Source: a virus (Duplodnaviria; Heunggongvirae; Uroviricota; Caudoviricetes). From it: 46,907 nucleotides of DNA. Positions 28,835 through 39,030 of this stretch are shown piece by piece. The notes below the pieces were generated by a model. The model was not told the origin of the DNA, did not search any database, and saw nothing but the letters and a program-made list of their open reading frames with translations. Where the stretch lies: the IMG/VR virus record IMGVR_UViG_2651869724_000014. One strand, written 5' to 3'. Both the position numbers and the translations under genes were made by a program. Within the stretch, counting starts at the first letter, position 1. Each line of letters opens with the position of its first letter.

Positions 28835-30304
28835 ATGGCGATTTTCCATCTGGATTTTAAAATTGTGAAACGAAGCGAGGGCATGACTTCCGTTGCGAAA
28901 GCTGCCTACCATGCCCGTACACGTATTACAGATGATCGCATTGGCGAAACATTTGATTTCAGCCACAGAACAGATCTTCATGGTCATATTATATTAGCGC
29001 CCGTTTCCGCACCTGCTCATATTATTGAAAGCTCCTCAGCACTCTGGAATGAAGTTGAAAGAGTGGAACGCCAGAACAACGGTCAAACAGCCCGTTATTT
29101 TGATGTCGCTATTCCCGTAGAACTCAACAATGATGACAAGAAAAAATTGGTTGCCGAATACTGCCAGAAGAACTTTGTTGATAAAGGAATGATTGCTGAT
29201 ATCGCATTCCATGACTTAGACAGTAAGAACCCACACGCTCACGTCATGTTAACCCTGAAAACCATCGGGCCCGAAGGCTTCGGTAAAAAAGACAGAACTT
29301 GGAATGATAAGAAGATGGTTGTTCAGTGGCGTGAGTCGTGGGCCACGATGTCAAACAGCTACCTTGAAGCCGCAGGCAGTGAAGAACGTATCGATCACCG
29401 TTCTCTCAGAACTCAATGTGCTGATGCCCTTGCTCAGGCAGAAGAAGCATTCAGTGCTGAAGAGAAAGCATTCTGGCTTGCCAAAGCAACGGAAACAAAC
29501 CGCCCGGCAATGCAGCGTGTTCATCGTGCTAAATGGAATGATACCGAGTCTCAGGAACAACGAGCTGCTGAACAAGCTCAACGCGATCATCAAATTGAGG
29601 AAGCAAAGAAGGTCTACGCCACATTCAGTGAGCTACCACTGGAAATCGTTGTTGATGTTCGCTCTTACTCTGTTTACCAGCTTCCTGAACCGGAAGAGAT
29701 CGTTCTCCCTGACTACCCGGCAACAACAAAGCAGCAACCGATTCATGCAGAGTCAGAACCATACAGAAGACCAGCCGTAAAATCTTACCATGCCCCCAAT
29801 AAGGTCAGTAAAGTTGGTGCTGCAGCTAAGAAATCCCCTGTTCTGGTTGCACCTGAACCAAATAAATCCACTAAACTGAAAAACCCTTCTTCTCAAAACA
29901 CCAGAGCGATGAAGCGTGCTCCTGTGAGGAGTAGGAAACAGACCAAGCCCCGCCAGAATGGTTTGTTTAAACGTTTCACGCTACTGATAGTAGGATATAT
30001 AAGAGAGAAATTTATATGGGCCAGAATGAAACCCGATACCACTGATGCTGACCATGATAAGCGTATCGCAGAGAACTATGTCTATGATGAAGTGCTGGGT
30101 GTCAATGTTCCACGCTCAGAGTTTGAAAAACGTACCAAATTTAACGATAGTAACTATAAATTAACACCTAATGAGATCAAGCGTTTCCCAAGCCGTCCTA
30201 AGCGAGTTCAATTAGAGTCAGAGAGCGGTATGGATGTCCTCCCTAAAAATAATCAATTTAACTCGTCAAAAATAAACTTCGTCAAACCAAATTTTAGATC
30301 ATAA
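28835..30304 (+). CDS. mobA: MobA/MobL-family relaxase
   Basis: MAIFHLDFKIVKRS...AKAAYHAR (catalytic Tyr context) and NPHAHVMLTLK (His-rich motif) parallel RSF1010 MobA. Confidence 0.7.
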   Translation: MAIFHLDFKIVKRSEGMTSVAKAAYHARTRITDDRIGETFDFSHRTDLHGHIILAPVSAPAHIIESSSALWNEVERVERQNNGQTARYFDVAIPVELNNDDKKKLVAEYCQKNFVDKGMIADIAFHDLDSKNPHAHVMLTLKTIGPEGFGKKDRTWNDKKMVVQWRESWATMSNSYLEAAGSEERIDHRSLRTQCADALAQAEEAFSAEEKAFWLAKATETNRPAMQRVHRAKWNDTESQEQRAAEQAQRDHQIEEAKKVYATFSELPLEIVVDVRSYSVYQLPEPEEIVLPDYPATTKQQPIHAESEPYRRPAVKSYHAPNKVSKVGAAAKKSPVLVAPEPNKSTKLKNPSSQNTRAMKRAPVRSRKQTKPRQNGLFKRFTLLIVGYIREKFIWARMKPDTTDADHDKRIAENYVYDEVLGVNVPRSEFEKRTKFNDSNYKLTPNEIKRFPSRPKRVQLESESGMDVLPKNNQFNSSKINFVKPNFRS

Positions 30305-30412
30305 AATTACAGATGATTATCAATTGCAATATGAACAAGATTTTGTTATGTTTTATTTCACATGGATCTTGAATGCCCCCATCTTATTCAAAGATAGTAT
30401 CAAAGGAAAATT

Positions 30413-31933
30413 ATGATTAGTGAAATCACAACAAATGGCACTAAAATTAAACTAAGAAATAATAGTGCTAATGATATTAATATTTATGATATGGATTCTT
30501 TATCTTTACTTATTGGTATAAATGGTTCAGGGAAGACAAAATCCTTATGTAGCATAATTAACTATTTCTTTCCTAAAAATAACATGCAATTAACAGGCGA
30601 TTGTACAATATTAAACTCTAGCGGTGAAAGAATAGATCATACTGAAATTAGAAACTGGGGAGTTATATATTTCACCCCATTACCATTTAGACCAAAGTTG
30701 AATATTAGAGATAGTAGGTTTATTAACGCATCTCCAAGCTTGAATGGAAAAAATACTGTATTTGACCTTATCGAATACAAGGATTTAATATCTGACTTTG
30801 ATATTTATCCAAAAGTTGTTGCCATGAAGATGACAAACATTAGCAAAGTTGCAAGATTAATACTTAATATCGCTTTAAATAATAAAGATCTTAATCAGAA
30901 CAGCATACTACTGAATCACGGTCTCCTTGATATTTTGTCATTACGTGCAAAAATTGATGATAATATAGATAATGACGATTCAGACACTATAAAATATAGT
31001 ACCAATAAAAATATTCAAGCAGAAATTGATTCTATTATGCAGCGTTGCTCCGCGCATCTGATTGATGAAATACTTCATCGCGCAGGTGAAGAAAAACTCT
31101 TTTCCATATTTAGCATAATAGATTGGGCAAGTACAAAAAAACAGTTCAGTGATAACGTAGTAATTCCATTATTAAACAAACACTTAAATTTAAACATCCG
31201 TTCAAATAGAAAACTCAGAGAGACTAAATTATATTTAGAATGTGAAAGCAAAATAGATAGTTTACTTAATATTATAAAATATGAGGTAAAAAACCATGAA
31301 ATCATAAAGGATTCAAGACTTAATGAATCAACTTTAAGGTTAGAATTCGAAATAGACCCTTACGAAGGACAAAGGTTATTAACAAGATACAATTTGAATG
31401 ATATTTTTAAAATTGATTTTTCTGATATGAGTTCTGGGCAAATTGCTATTCTAGCTCAAATTGGCGCCATCTCTGACTCTATTACTAAACTGTCAGATAG
31501 AGGTATCAGATCAATACTACTATTAATAGATGAAGGGGACGCTTTTTTACATATCGATTGGCAAAGGAAATATATTTCTAATTTAAATAAAATGCTAGGC
31601 TCATTAAAAACATCTCTGGGCATAGATAATTTACAACTTATTCTAGCCTCGCACTCTCCATTGTTAGCCACAGACGTTCCCAAAGACTTTATAACTAGAC
31701 TACCAATTGAAAATGCTACGTTAAGTGGTTTTGCATCTCCTCTTTATATTTTACTAAATGAATCTTTTGGAACTAAAACCATTGGAGAATTTGCAACAAA
31801 TAAAATTGAAACCATCATCGACAAAATACCTAATAGAATACTGACTGAAAAAGATTATTACCTTATAAATAATATAGACAACCCTCTAATAAAAAGCGAA
31901 ATCGAACGCTTAATTATGCAGCATAAGGATTGA
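30413..31933 (+). CDS. ptuA: Septu PtuA-like ABC/SMC-type ATPase
   Basis: Walker A GINGSGKT, signature-like MSSGQ, Walker B LLLIDEGDAF, followed by H-loop ASHSP; 506 aa. Confidence 0.65.
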   Translation: MISEITTNGTKIKLRNNSANDINIYDMDSLSLLIGINGSGKTKSLCSIINYFFPKNNMQLTGDCTILNSSGERIDHTEIRNWGVIYFTPLPFRPKLNIRDSRFINASPSLNGKNTVFDLIEYKDLISDFDIYPKVVAMKMTNISKVARLILNIALNNKDLNQNSILLNHGLLDILSLRAKIDDNIDNDDSDTIKYSTNKNIQAEIDSIMQRCSAHLIDEILHRAGEEKLFSIFSIIDWASTKKQFSDNVVIPLLNKHLNLNIRSNRKLRETKLYLECESKIDSLLNIIKYEVKNHEIIKDSRLNESTLRLEFEIDPYEGQRLLTRYNLNDIFKIDFSDMSSGQIAILAQIGAISDSITKLSDRGIRSILLLIDEGDAFLHIDWQRKYISNLNKMLGSLKTSLGIDNLQLILASHSPLLATDVPKDFITRLPIENATLSGFASPLYILLNESFGTKTIGEFATNKIETIIDKIPNRILTEKDYYLINNIDNPLIKSEIERLIMQHKD

Positions 31934-31945
31934 AGGTCTTCATAT

Positions 31946-32878
31946 ATGATTATTTCAATTAAAAACAACTGGGAAAAAGCAATAAAATTACATACACATT
32001 ATTTAAATAATTTGATATGCAACTTTTTAAATAAATCCATTCCTAGTTCTGAAGGACGAGACGAAGCTAAAAAATTTATTCTAGATGTGCATCACCTATT
32101 AATACTTGCCGGTAAACAAGATATATTGGAGAGTATTGATATATATAGAGAGTACAAACACAGATTGTCAATAACGCCGGATATATCGAAGCAATTCGAC
32201 AAAGAAATAAGATCTATTTTTAATTACAATAAGTTTGTTAGGAAAACAGGATCATGGAATGCATATACTCTATGTAAAAAATCAATAAGCAGAACATGTC
32301 CGTATTGCAATCAAGCATATGCTTTTTCGATACAAAAAAAGAATCGCGGTTTTCGTCCTACATTAGATCATTTTTATAGTAAGGATGACTTTCCTCACCT
32401 TGCATTGGTAATTAACAATTTAATCCCAAGTTGTAGTTCATGTAACTCAAGCCTTAAAGGCACAATTGATTTCTTCGCAAATGAACATTTAAACCCACTG
32501 TGGGATGATGAAGTTATAAATTTCGTTTTAACTCATGAGGATGGTGTTTTAACATTAATAGACGGAATGATTTCATCACCAGAAAAAATAAAAATAAACA
32601 TATCTTACGATACTACAAATATTTCAATTAAAAACACAGTAAATACTTTTTTGATAAACGAAAGATATCAAGAAATGACAATAGAAGCAATAGAATTTGC
32701 AACTGCCAAATTAAATCTTGAATATGCCGTATCTACTGGAATATCATATTTCAAAAATAACTCAGAAAGTAGTATATTAAGATTTGACAAAAGAGAATAT
32801 AAAAAATATTTGCTCGGTAAATTATATTTAGATATATATAATAAAATGCCAAATGCAAATATAGTTAACACTCGTTAA
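31946..32878 (+). CDS. ptuB: Septu PtuB-like HNH endonuclease
   Basis: HNH-type motifs CPYCNQ, LDHFYSK, NNLIPSCSSCNSSLKG; 13 bp downstream of the ATPase gene. Confidence 0.65.
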   Translation: MIISIKNNWEKAIKLHTHYLNNLICNFLNKSIPSSEGRDEAKKFILDVHHLLILAGKQDILESIDIYREYKHRLSITPDISKQFDKEIRSIFNYNKFVRKTGSWNAYTLCKKSISRTCPYCNQAYAFSIQKKNRGFRPTLDHFYSKDDFPHLALVINNLIPSCSSCNSSLKGTIDFFANEHLNPLWDDEVINFVLTHEDGVLTLIDGMISSPEKIKINISYDTTNISIKNTVNTFLINERYQEMTIEAIEFATAKLNLEYAVSTGISYFKNNSESSILRFDKREYKKYLLGKLYLDIYNKMPNANIVNTR

Positions 32879-32910
32879 CTTCACGAATGAATAAGAAAAA
32901 ATTAAATTCA

Positions 32911-32936
32911 TATGAGGGCAGCAACTCGCCCTCATA
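32911..32936. terminator. Hairpin between convergent genes
   Basis: tatgagggc-agcaactc-gccctcata; weak T-run. Confidence 0.3.
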
Positions 32937-32977
32937 AGCCCCTAGCCATGCTCGTCACAGATCTTTAGAGGGAACTG

Positions 32978-33508
32978 TTAATTGGCTCTCCAGCCATTGC
33001 TGGTTTTAACAAGATTCATGGCACCATCAGCAGAATCATTCATTCCTTTAACGCTGGCGAAGGCTTTTTTGTCAATCCAGCCCGGAACGTCAACCAACTT
33101 CCATGTATAAGTCACGCGAACTACTTTCTGATTACCGTTTCCCGGCTCCGTCCATTCCTTAATCTCATCAACAGCACGACGACCAACACAGGCACCGTCT
33201 GCTGTGCTCCAGACTTTGGCTTTTTTGCCTTCCTCTGTTATCCCTAATACGTTCGAGTCATAGCCCTGTTCAAAAACCATCAGGCCCTGCTCAATAAAAC
33301 CGTCGAGGATCACTGAATTGGTCCCTGTGCCAGTCGAATCACGTAGTGGCTTGGCAAGACGGATGGGGAAGCTGGTGTTATTGTTATCCAGCGAGAAGCA
33401 GTATTTGCCCTGCCCAATCTTGGCATTAATCGCTTTCTCAAACTCACCTTTCTCACCACATCCCGCCAGTGCCAGAGCTGCGCCAGCAACGAGTAAAATC
33501 TTCTTCAT
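32978..33508 (-). CDS. Putative lipoprotein
   Basis: MKKILLVAGAALALAGC lipobox; higher GC than neighbours. Confidence 0.45.
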   Translation of the reverse strand: MKKILLVAGAALALAGCGEKGEFEKAINAKIGQGKYCFSLDNNNTSFPIRLAKPLRDSTGTGTNSVILDGFIEQGLMVFEQGYDSNVLGITEEGKKAKVWSTADGACVGRRAVDEIKEWTEPGNGNQKVVRVTYTWKLVDVPGWIDKKAFASVKGMNDSADGAMNLVKTSNGWRAN

Positions 33509-33925
33509 CTGCTTATCCATCCTGATAATCAAAGTGCCTAAATTTTTGACCTAATCCGGTCAGGGCTAGAGTTGTTGCGGGGTCCGGCTGATATCACATG
33601 GCAAAATCACCGCTTAACCAATTGATAGGATTCAATTCTTTTAGCGTCTCGTCATATCGTTTAAAACGATCAAAAACAACCTTATAATAGCTTCCATCTA
33701 TCATAAATAAATATTCGATCGATTATAACAATTAATCACCGATCGATATCGCACATTCAATCGCTATAATCTATCAATAACTCATTATCGATCTTTTATA
33801 TCGATCGTAATTTCAAGTTCTGATAGCCTTGCAACGCCGAGACCGATGCCATGAGTTTGGTGCTGTAGGACGTATAAAACGTAGCAAAGCTCTGTGAGCG
33901 GGTTCAGTCTCTTTAACTCATTAAC

Positions 33926-34414
33926 ATGGAGGAAGTAAGAGTGGAAGCAACAGGTATCGTATTTTTAGTAGTGCTCTTCGTCATTATCATGACCGCAGCG
34001 GATATACAAAAGAAAAAACACTACAACAGCTTCACGGAAGTTCTGGACGGCGACATTCTTTCGTATGAATGCCAGCAGACAGGTATTGTAATTGATACTC
34101 AAAAACATACTGTCCGTATTTTCAATAAAGATAAAGACAGCACATATACTTTTGATCAAATTCGAGAAATAAATTATACGCTTTCAGAGGGGGGTAAGTT
34201 TTATGGCAATGGAACATTACGAGGTATGAATAATGCGGCTATTGCTAACTGGAGAGAACAACTTTCAGCTAATAAACGGTCTGGCCTAAATATTTTAACC
34301 GATGATATTAAAAATCCCATGTGGAAAGTTAATGTCCCCTTGAAAAATAAAAGCACTTCAAATCACGAACTTTGCGAGCGATGGATGCTGGTATTTAAAA
34401 AGTATGTTTTCTGA
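33926..34414 (+). CDS. Membrane-anchored hypothetical protein
   Basis: N-terminal hydrophobic helix GIVFLVVLFVIIMTAA. Confidence 0.35.
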   Translation: MEEVRVEATGIVFLVVLFVIIMTAADIQKKKHYNSFTEVLDGDILSYECQQTGIVIDTQKHTVRIFNKDKDSTYTFDQIREINYTLSEGGKFYGNGTLRGMNNAAIANWREQLSANKRSGLNILTDDIKNPMWKVNVPLKNKSTSNHELCERWMLVFKKYVF

Positions 34415-34445
34415 GTCTCACCTTTCATCTATTTATGGAACAAAA

Positions 34446-34823
34446 ATGAAAAAATTATTACTTGCTATTTTTATCATATTACCACTTGGTGGCTGTACCG
34501 TTCATGGTAATAAATCCCTAACTGATGAAAATCATCAGACGGTTAAAGTTAAAATCGTCAATGGAAAAACAACCCAACAAGAAATTCTTGCTGCCTTGGG
34601 AGAGCCTCAGACACGCGCTACGAATGATGGACAGGAGATGTGGAACTACTCAAGTATGACGGGAGAAAGCCAACTATCTAACTACATACCGGGCCTTGCT
34701 CTGTTGACCAATAGCAGCACGGCACACATTAAATCACTGGATATCTGGTTTAAGGGTGATGTTGTGGAACGTTATGATTTTCGTCAGACCGCAAGTAAGA
34801 CTTCTCGCGGTTTGATGGATTAA
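34446..34823 (+). CDS. Putative lipoprotein
   Basis: MKKLLLAIFIILPLGGC lipobox. Confidence 0.4.
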   Translation: MKKLLLAIFIILPLGGCTVHGNKSLTDENHQTVKVKIVNGKTTQQEILAALGEPQTRATNDGQEMWNYSSMTGESQLSNYIPGLALLTNSSTAHIKSLDIWFKGDVVERYDFRQTASKTSRGLMD

Positions 34824-34907
34824 AAATACTATTACCATCATAACGTATTATGCGTTAATTATATATTCAGGAGTTAGACACTAACTCCTGCATTAAGTAA
34901 TCCTATT

Positions 34908-35930
34908 TTAATTCCCTGTTATTATTTTGCTTAGAATTTCGTCAATATATTCGGTTGTAACTATAAACGCATTTTTACCAATCTCACTTCGAAATATTTG
35001 GCATTCATCACTATGAAATTTACTAATGAAAAAATCAAATGAACACTGTGCTATAGCCTTATTAATACCATCCACGTTTGGTTTATCTTCTGGATTTGGC
35101 GTTGCATAAAGTAGCGAATATGAATCTAATGGAATATATATACATTTTAAATCATCATTACTTTCATAGAATGGCTTAAACTTTCGTTCCCCAGACACTT
35201 CAAAGATTACAATACTATCTCCTAAAATCAAAGATTGATTTGTTTTCAATACTTTGTAATGCATATTCTTATAAATATTACTTTTCTTATCCTCAGATGA
35301 AACCAAAACATCTAACTGAACCTTTTTTACTATTTCAGGTATTTTTGATATTATTTCTTGCTCAAACTTCGGAACTAATGTTGATAGCATCTTTTCTGCA
35401 GCATTTGGTAGCCATAATTGAACGTTATCAAAAAACATGGAGTTATATTGCTCATGTAGACTTGCTGGTATTGGTAGTTTATTTAACTCATTTTGAAGTA
35501 ATTCTTTGATTGTTTTTGGATTTCTTTGGAAATAATCAATAAGAGTTTCCTTGTCTAGCAATCTGTTTTTTAATTGCTCACCAAAATATGCCCATGAATC
35601 TATCATGTTTTCTCTTAAGTTTTTTGTTCTAATCTCCATATGATAAATAAACTCGGCTAAATCTTTCCTGTTGTCTAGGTTGTAAGTCCCATCGACTAAA
35701 CTATTAAGTATGCGTGAATAACTGTATGTTTCGTTTTCTGTTATTTTTTTATCAACGCTTGAATCGCCATAGTGAGAATAAAACTTGTTTTCCAAACCAA
35801 TATTCTCTACTATCATGTTTTCCTTGAAACAATCTTTTCTATACCAGTTAGTAAAATACTTCCCATTTTTTTCGTTAGAAAAACCTCTTTGTAAAAAACG
35901 TGGAATAAAATGTTGCCTATTCCCTGCCAT
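34908..35930 (-). CDS. DUF4238-like protein (candidate single-gene defence)
   Basis: N-terminus MAGNRQHFIPRFLQRGFS resembles the conserved DUF4238 block; GGAG RBS upstream of ATG at 35930; AT-rich. Confidence 0.45.
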   Translation of the reverse strand: MAGNRQHFIPRFLQRGFSNEKNGKYFTNWYRKDCFKENMIVENIGLENKFYSHYGDSSVDKKITENETYSYSRILNSLVDGTYNLDNRKDLAEFIYHMEIRTKNLRENMIDSWAYFGEQLKNRLLDKETLIDYFQRNPKTIKELLQNELNKLPIPASLHEQYNSMFFDNVQLWLPNAAEKMLSTLVPKFEQEIISKIPEIVKKVQLDVLVSSEDKKSNIYKNMHYKVLKTNQSLILGDSIVIFEVSGERKFKPFYESNDDLKCIYIPLDSYSLLYATPNPEDKPNVDGINKAIAQCSFDFFISKFHSDECQIFRSEIGKNAFIVTTEYIDEILSKIITGN

Positions 35931-36174
35931 TATCTTCTCCTCATAGCAAATAAATATGGACAATATATTACCAACATTCTAACTATCATCAATGATTAAA
36001 ACAGAGGAACAAAAGGATTCTCTCTCAGCGAATGGGAACAATGGAACAGCAGCGGTTTCTTCGTAATCGGACTGAAACCGTAGTATTGCATCGGAACAAA
36101 AAATTAACTTACCTTCCATCGCTCATCCTCCTCCTGTAGTTATCAGACTAAATATTTTACCAGAACATAGGTTG

Positions 36175-36597
36175 TTATCGCATTTTGATTTTTACTGATT
36201 CATATTCGTTGATGTGATCCTTAAAAGTGCTTATTGCTTTTAGCAATGACCTGTTAAGTAAACCATTAATCTCCTGTGATGTTTTCCCGTTTCTGACGAC
36301 CACTATATATCCAAGAGTCAGATCTTGTCTTATCATTGGATTCAATGGCTCTATACCTATGCTAATCCCCGTGTTTTTGTATTTAGCAACCGGATACCCA
36401 ACTGAACTATGGATAACAATATTGCCGCTATCTGCAAGCCTTGATAACATTCTGTCGCTGTATATCGTTTTTCTTAAATCCTGTAAAACAGGGATATAGT
36501 GTTTATCCATGTTTCCTGTCAAAGCTGTAGGCAAGTAGATTTTTGTTTTTATTTTTCGCATGATATTTTTCCTGTTATTGTTTTTATTTAATACCAT
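36175..36597 (-). CDS. Hypothetical protein
   Basis: ORF only. Confidence 0.25.
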   Translation of the reverse strand: MVLNKNNNRKNIMRKIKTKIYLPTALTGNMDKHYIPVLQDLRKTIYSDRMLSRLADSGNIVIHSSVGYPVAKYKNTGISIGIEPLNPMIRQDLTLGYIVVVRNGKTSQEINGLLNRSLLKAISTFKDHINEYESVKIKMR

Positions 36598-36989
36598 GCA
36601 ACTAATAATAATATCAAAAATATTTATTATATTTTATAGGTGTTTTATAACATCTGTGATTTTATAGTTTCTTCACTCATCTGTGTGAGTTCTGAAACCA
36701 GACGAATATAAATATTTTTCAACCTGTCTTTATCACAACGACGTACAGACTCTGATAACAGATAATGACTATAATTATTGACACAAATGTTGTTGCCGTT
36801 TTCAATAGTTAATTTCAATCCAAGTTCTGTATCTTCTACTTTTTTATAATACAGATCATAAATGGTGTTTTATCATGTGGATGGAAGAGTGTGATCATTT
36901 TGATATTGTTCATTATATTTTTCTTTTATTATTTTATTACTACTTAATACTCTATCGTAAGTGTAAAAATCAAATATATCTGTGTTTTC

Positions 36990-37930
36990 CTCATGCTTTT
37001 ACTTATTATTTTTAAACTACTTTTTGAAAAAATCTTTATCTCTGTGCTGACGCACGGCTACGCCCTGACACTGATATTTTTATTTTATTCATCTCCTGTC
37101 TTTTAAATAAAAAGAAAAGTACTCGATCATTGTTTGATCTCTTTTCCTCATGATGCTGAATTTAGATCCTATGTTTAAACATAGTTTTTCCCTTTAGACA
37201 TATAGCATTTGCTCTTAAACGTATAGGAAAACTATATCTTTGATAGCAGCACTTCGTGATTGTTGCGAACAATCACTCTGCTGAACAGGGCTTGTTCCTG
37301 TTAATGATGGATTTTTCAATTAATGATTTTTTCCATATAAATTACTGCCTGTAATCAATTACAAGCGTTTTAAGTATGAAGATAGTTATATGTGTCACCT
37401 TCATGCTTCCAACGTCTTAGCAAGCTTCCTGTGCGGTTTATTAACAGCTTATAGAAAACTATTACTTATATTTATTCTTACCTGATACATTCAATTATTT
37501 TTTTGAAAATACATACATTGTGCTGGCGCACGGCTACGCCCCTGATACTGGTATAAAAATATTTTCCTTGTTCATCTATAATGCATTAATGTTTTATCAG
37601 TGAAAAATAAATAGATCAGTATAAAGATTATTCCCTCCACCGAGTTAGAACTCAGATCTTATGCTTGAATATAACATCTTCCCTCTGACATATAGCATTT
37701 GCTCTTAAACACATAGGAAAACTATATCCTTAGTAGCAGCACTTCGTGATTGTTGCCAACAATCACTTTGCTGGACAGGGCTTGCCCCTGTTAATGATGG
37801 ATTTATCCAAAAAAAGATCGCGTCGAAGACGCATATAAATTAAAAGGAATATTAATTAAGCTCTCACACTTAAAGCAGCGGTTCGTGATTGTTCGAAACA
37901 ATCACTTCGCTGATAGCAGTTATTAAGGAA
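36990..37930. repeat. Tandem duplication of an about 480-bp noncoding unit with conserved imperfect hairpin
   Basis: 37022-37075 parallels 37502-37550; 37190-37320 parallels 37680-37810 (about 90 percent); hairpin core gtgattgttgcgaacaatcac recurs at about 37250, 37740 and 37880. Confidence 0.55.
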
Positions 37931-38060
37931 TACAATGCCCCCTGTAAAACCACTAAAACATAACGCAAAAGTAAAGCTGGACTCTCTTAACTTCTTACTA
38001 ATTATTTAATTATAAGCATAGTCCCGGACCAGTAAAATCGCGGCTTCACAACTTTTTTTC

Positions 38061-38144
38061 CTATGTTCGAACATAGCAAACTCCTATGTTCAAACATAGA
38101 TCCGTCCTATGTTCGAACATAGCAAGATCTATGTTCGAACATAG
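38061..38144. repeat. Four tandem 16-bp palindromes CTATGTTCGAACATAG at 22-23 bp periodicity (iteron/operator array)
   Basis: Copies at 38061-38076, 38084-38099 (one mismatch), 38107-38122, 38129-38144; a related copy at 37169-37184. Confidence 0.6.
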
Positions 38145-38268
38145 TTTTTTTAACATATAACATTGTCATAAGAATATACTTTCTATTTTATTTATAGTTC
38201 TACTATTGACTTTCACTTTTTTGCATAGTATTAAAATAGATATAACAAAAATAATAAGAGGGAATAAT

Positions 38269-39003
38269 ATGAATACACCAGATGCTGATCTATTACACTT
38301 ATTTGAATCATTAACTACCGAGCAAAAGATTGATATCGCAAGACGCTTACTACAAAACAAAGAAATAAAATCAACGACAGTTATTTCTTCTGAGGAAGAT
38401 AAAGCTATTTCGTTTTCACAACCTTATGTATTTGCTTTTACTTCCAACTTTCGTGTGTTCTCTGATCTTGACATATCCAAGAATGAATTCCGTGTATTAA
38501 CCTATATTTTGGAGTATATGGAGTTTGGAAATCTGATCAATCTTTCACAATCATCGCTGTGTAAAGCACTGAATATCGCCTCCGGTAATATGTCTAACAT
38601 TTTTAAAAAACTCAGACAGAAAGGAATACTTGTAGAGCATCATGGTCATCTCTATATCAACTCTAACATTTTCGCAAAAGGGATGAGTCATCAACTGGAT
38701 CAGAAACGTAAAGAACAGTTGAGCAACGCTCGCAATCTTTGCGCAGAAATAGAACAGTATCCAGAAAGTTATTCAGCTATGTCAAAAAGTGAAAGAAGAA
38801 CCCTATCCTTAGAAACTGAGACCAAAGAAATCTATACTGACGCATTTGTTTTCAGTAAGAAGAAAAAGAATAACGCTGTTCCTAATCCCAATAACAGCAT
38901 ACATATTGATAAACCACGAAAAGTATATAAAAGAACAAAGGAAAACGAGGAAGCAAGGAGGAACTCTGTTGACGCAGACTCTCATATGCAGAAAGTATCC
39001 TGA
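38269..39003 (+). CDS. Winged-helix DNA-binding protein, possible Rep-like initiator or repressor acting on the upstream palindrome array
   Basis: FRVLTYILEYMEFGNLINLSQSSLCKALNIASGNMSNIFKKLRQKGIL is wHTH-like; ATG 38269 with AGAGGG RBS. Confidence 0.35.
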   Translation: MNTPDADLLHLFESLTTEQKIDIARRLLQNKEIKSTTVISSEEDKAISFSQPYVFAFTSNFRVFSDLDISKNEFRVLTYILEYMEFGNLINLSQSSLCKALNIASGNMSNIFKKLRQKGILVEHHGHLYINSNIFAKGMSHQLDQKRKEQLSNARNLCAEIEQYPESYSAMSKSERRTLSLETETKEIYTDAFVFSKKKKNNAVPNPNNSIHIDKPRKVYKRTKENEEARRNSVDADSHMQKVS

Positions 39004-39030
39004 TAAAATAACAACAACAAGGAAATAACA

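Noticed and set aside
38061-38144. Possible CRISPR array
   Set aside because: The repeats are perfect 16-bp palindromes separated by only 6-7 bp, with no spacer-length inserts; this fits protein-binding sites, not CRISPR.
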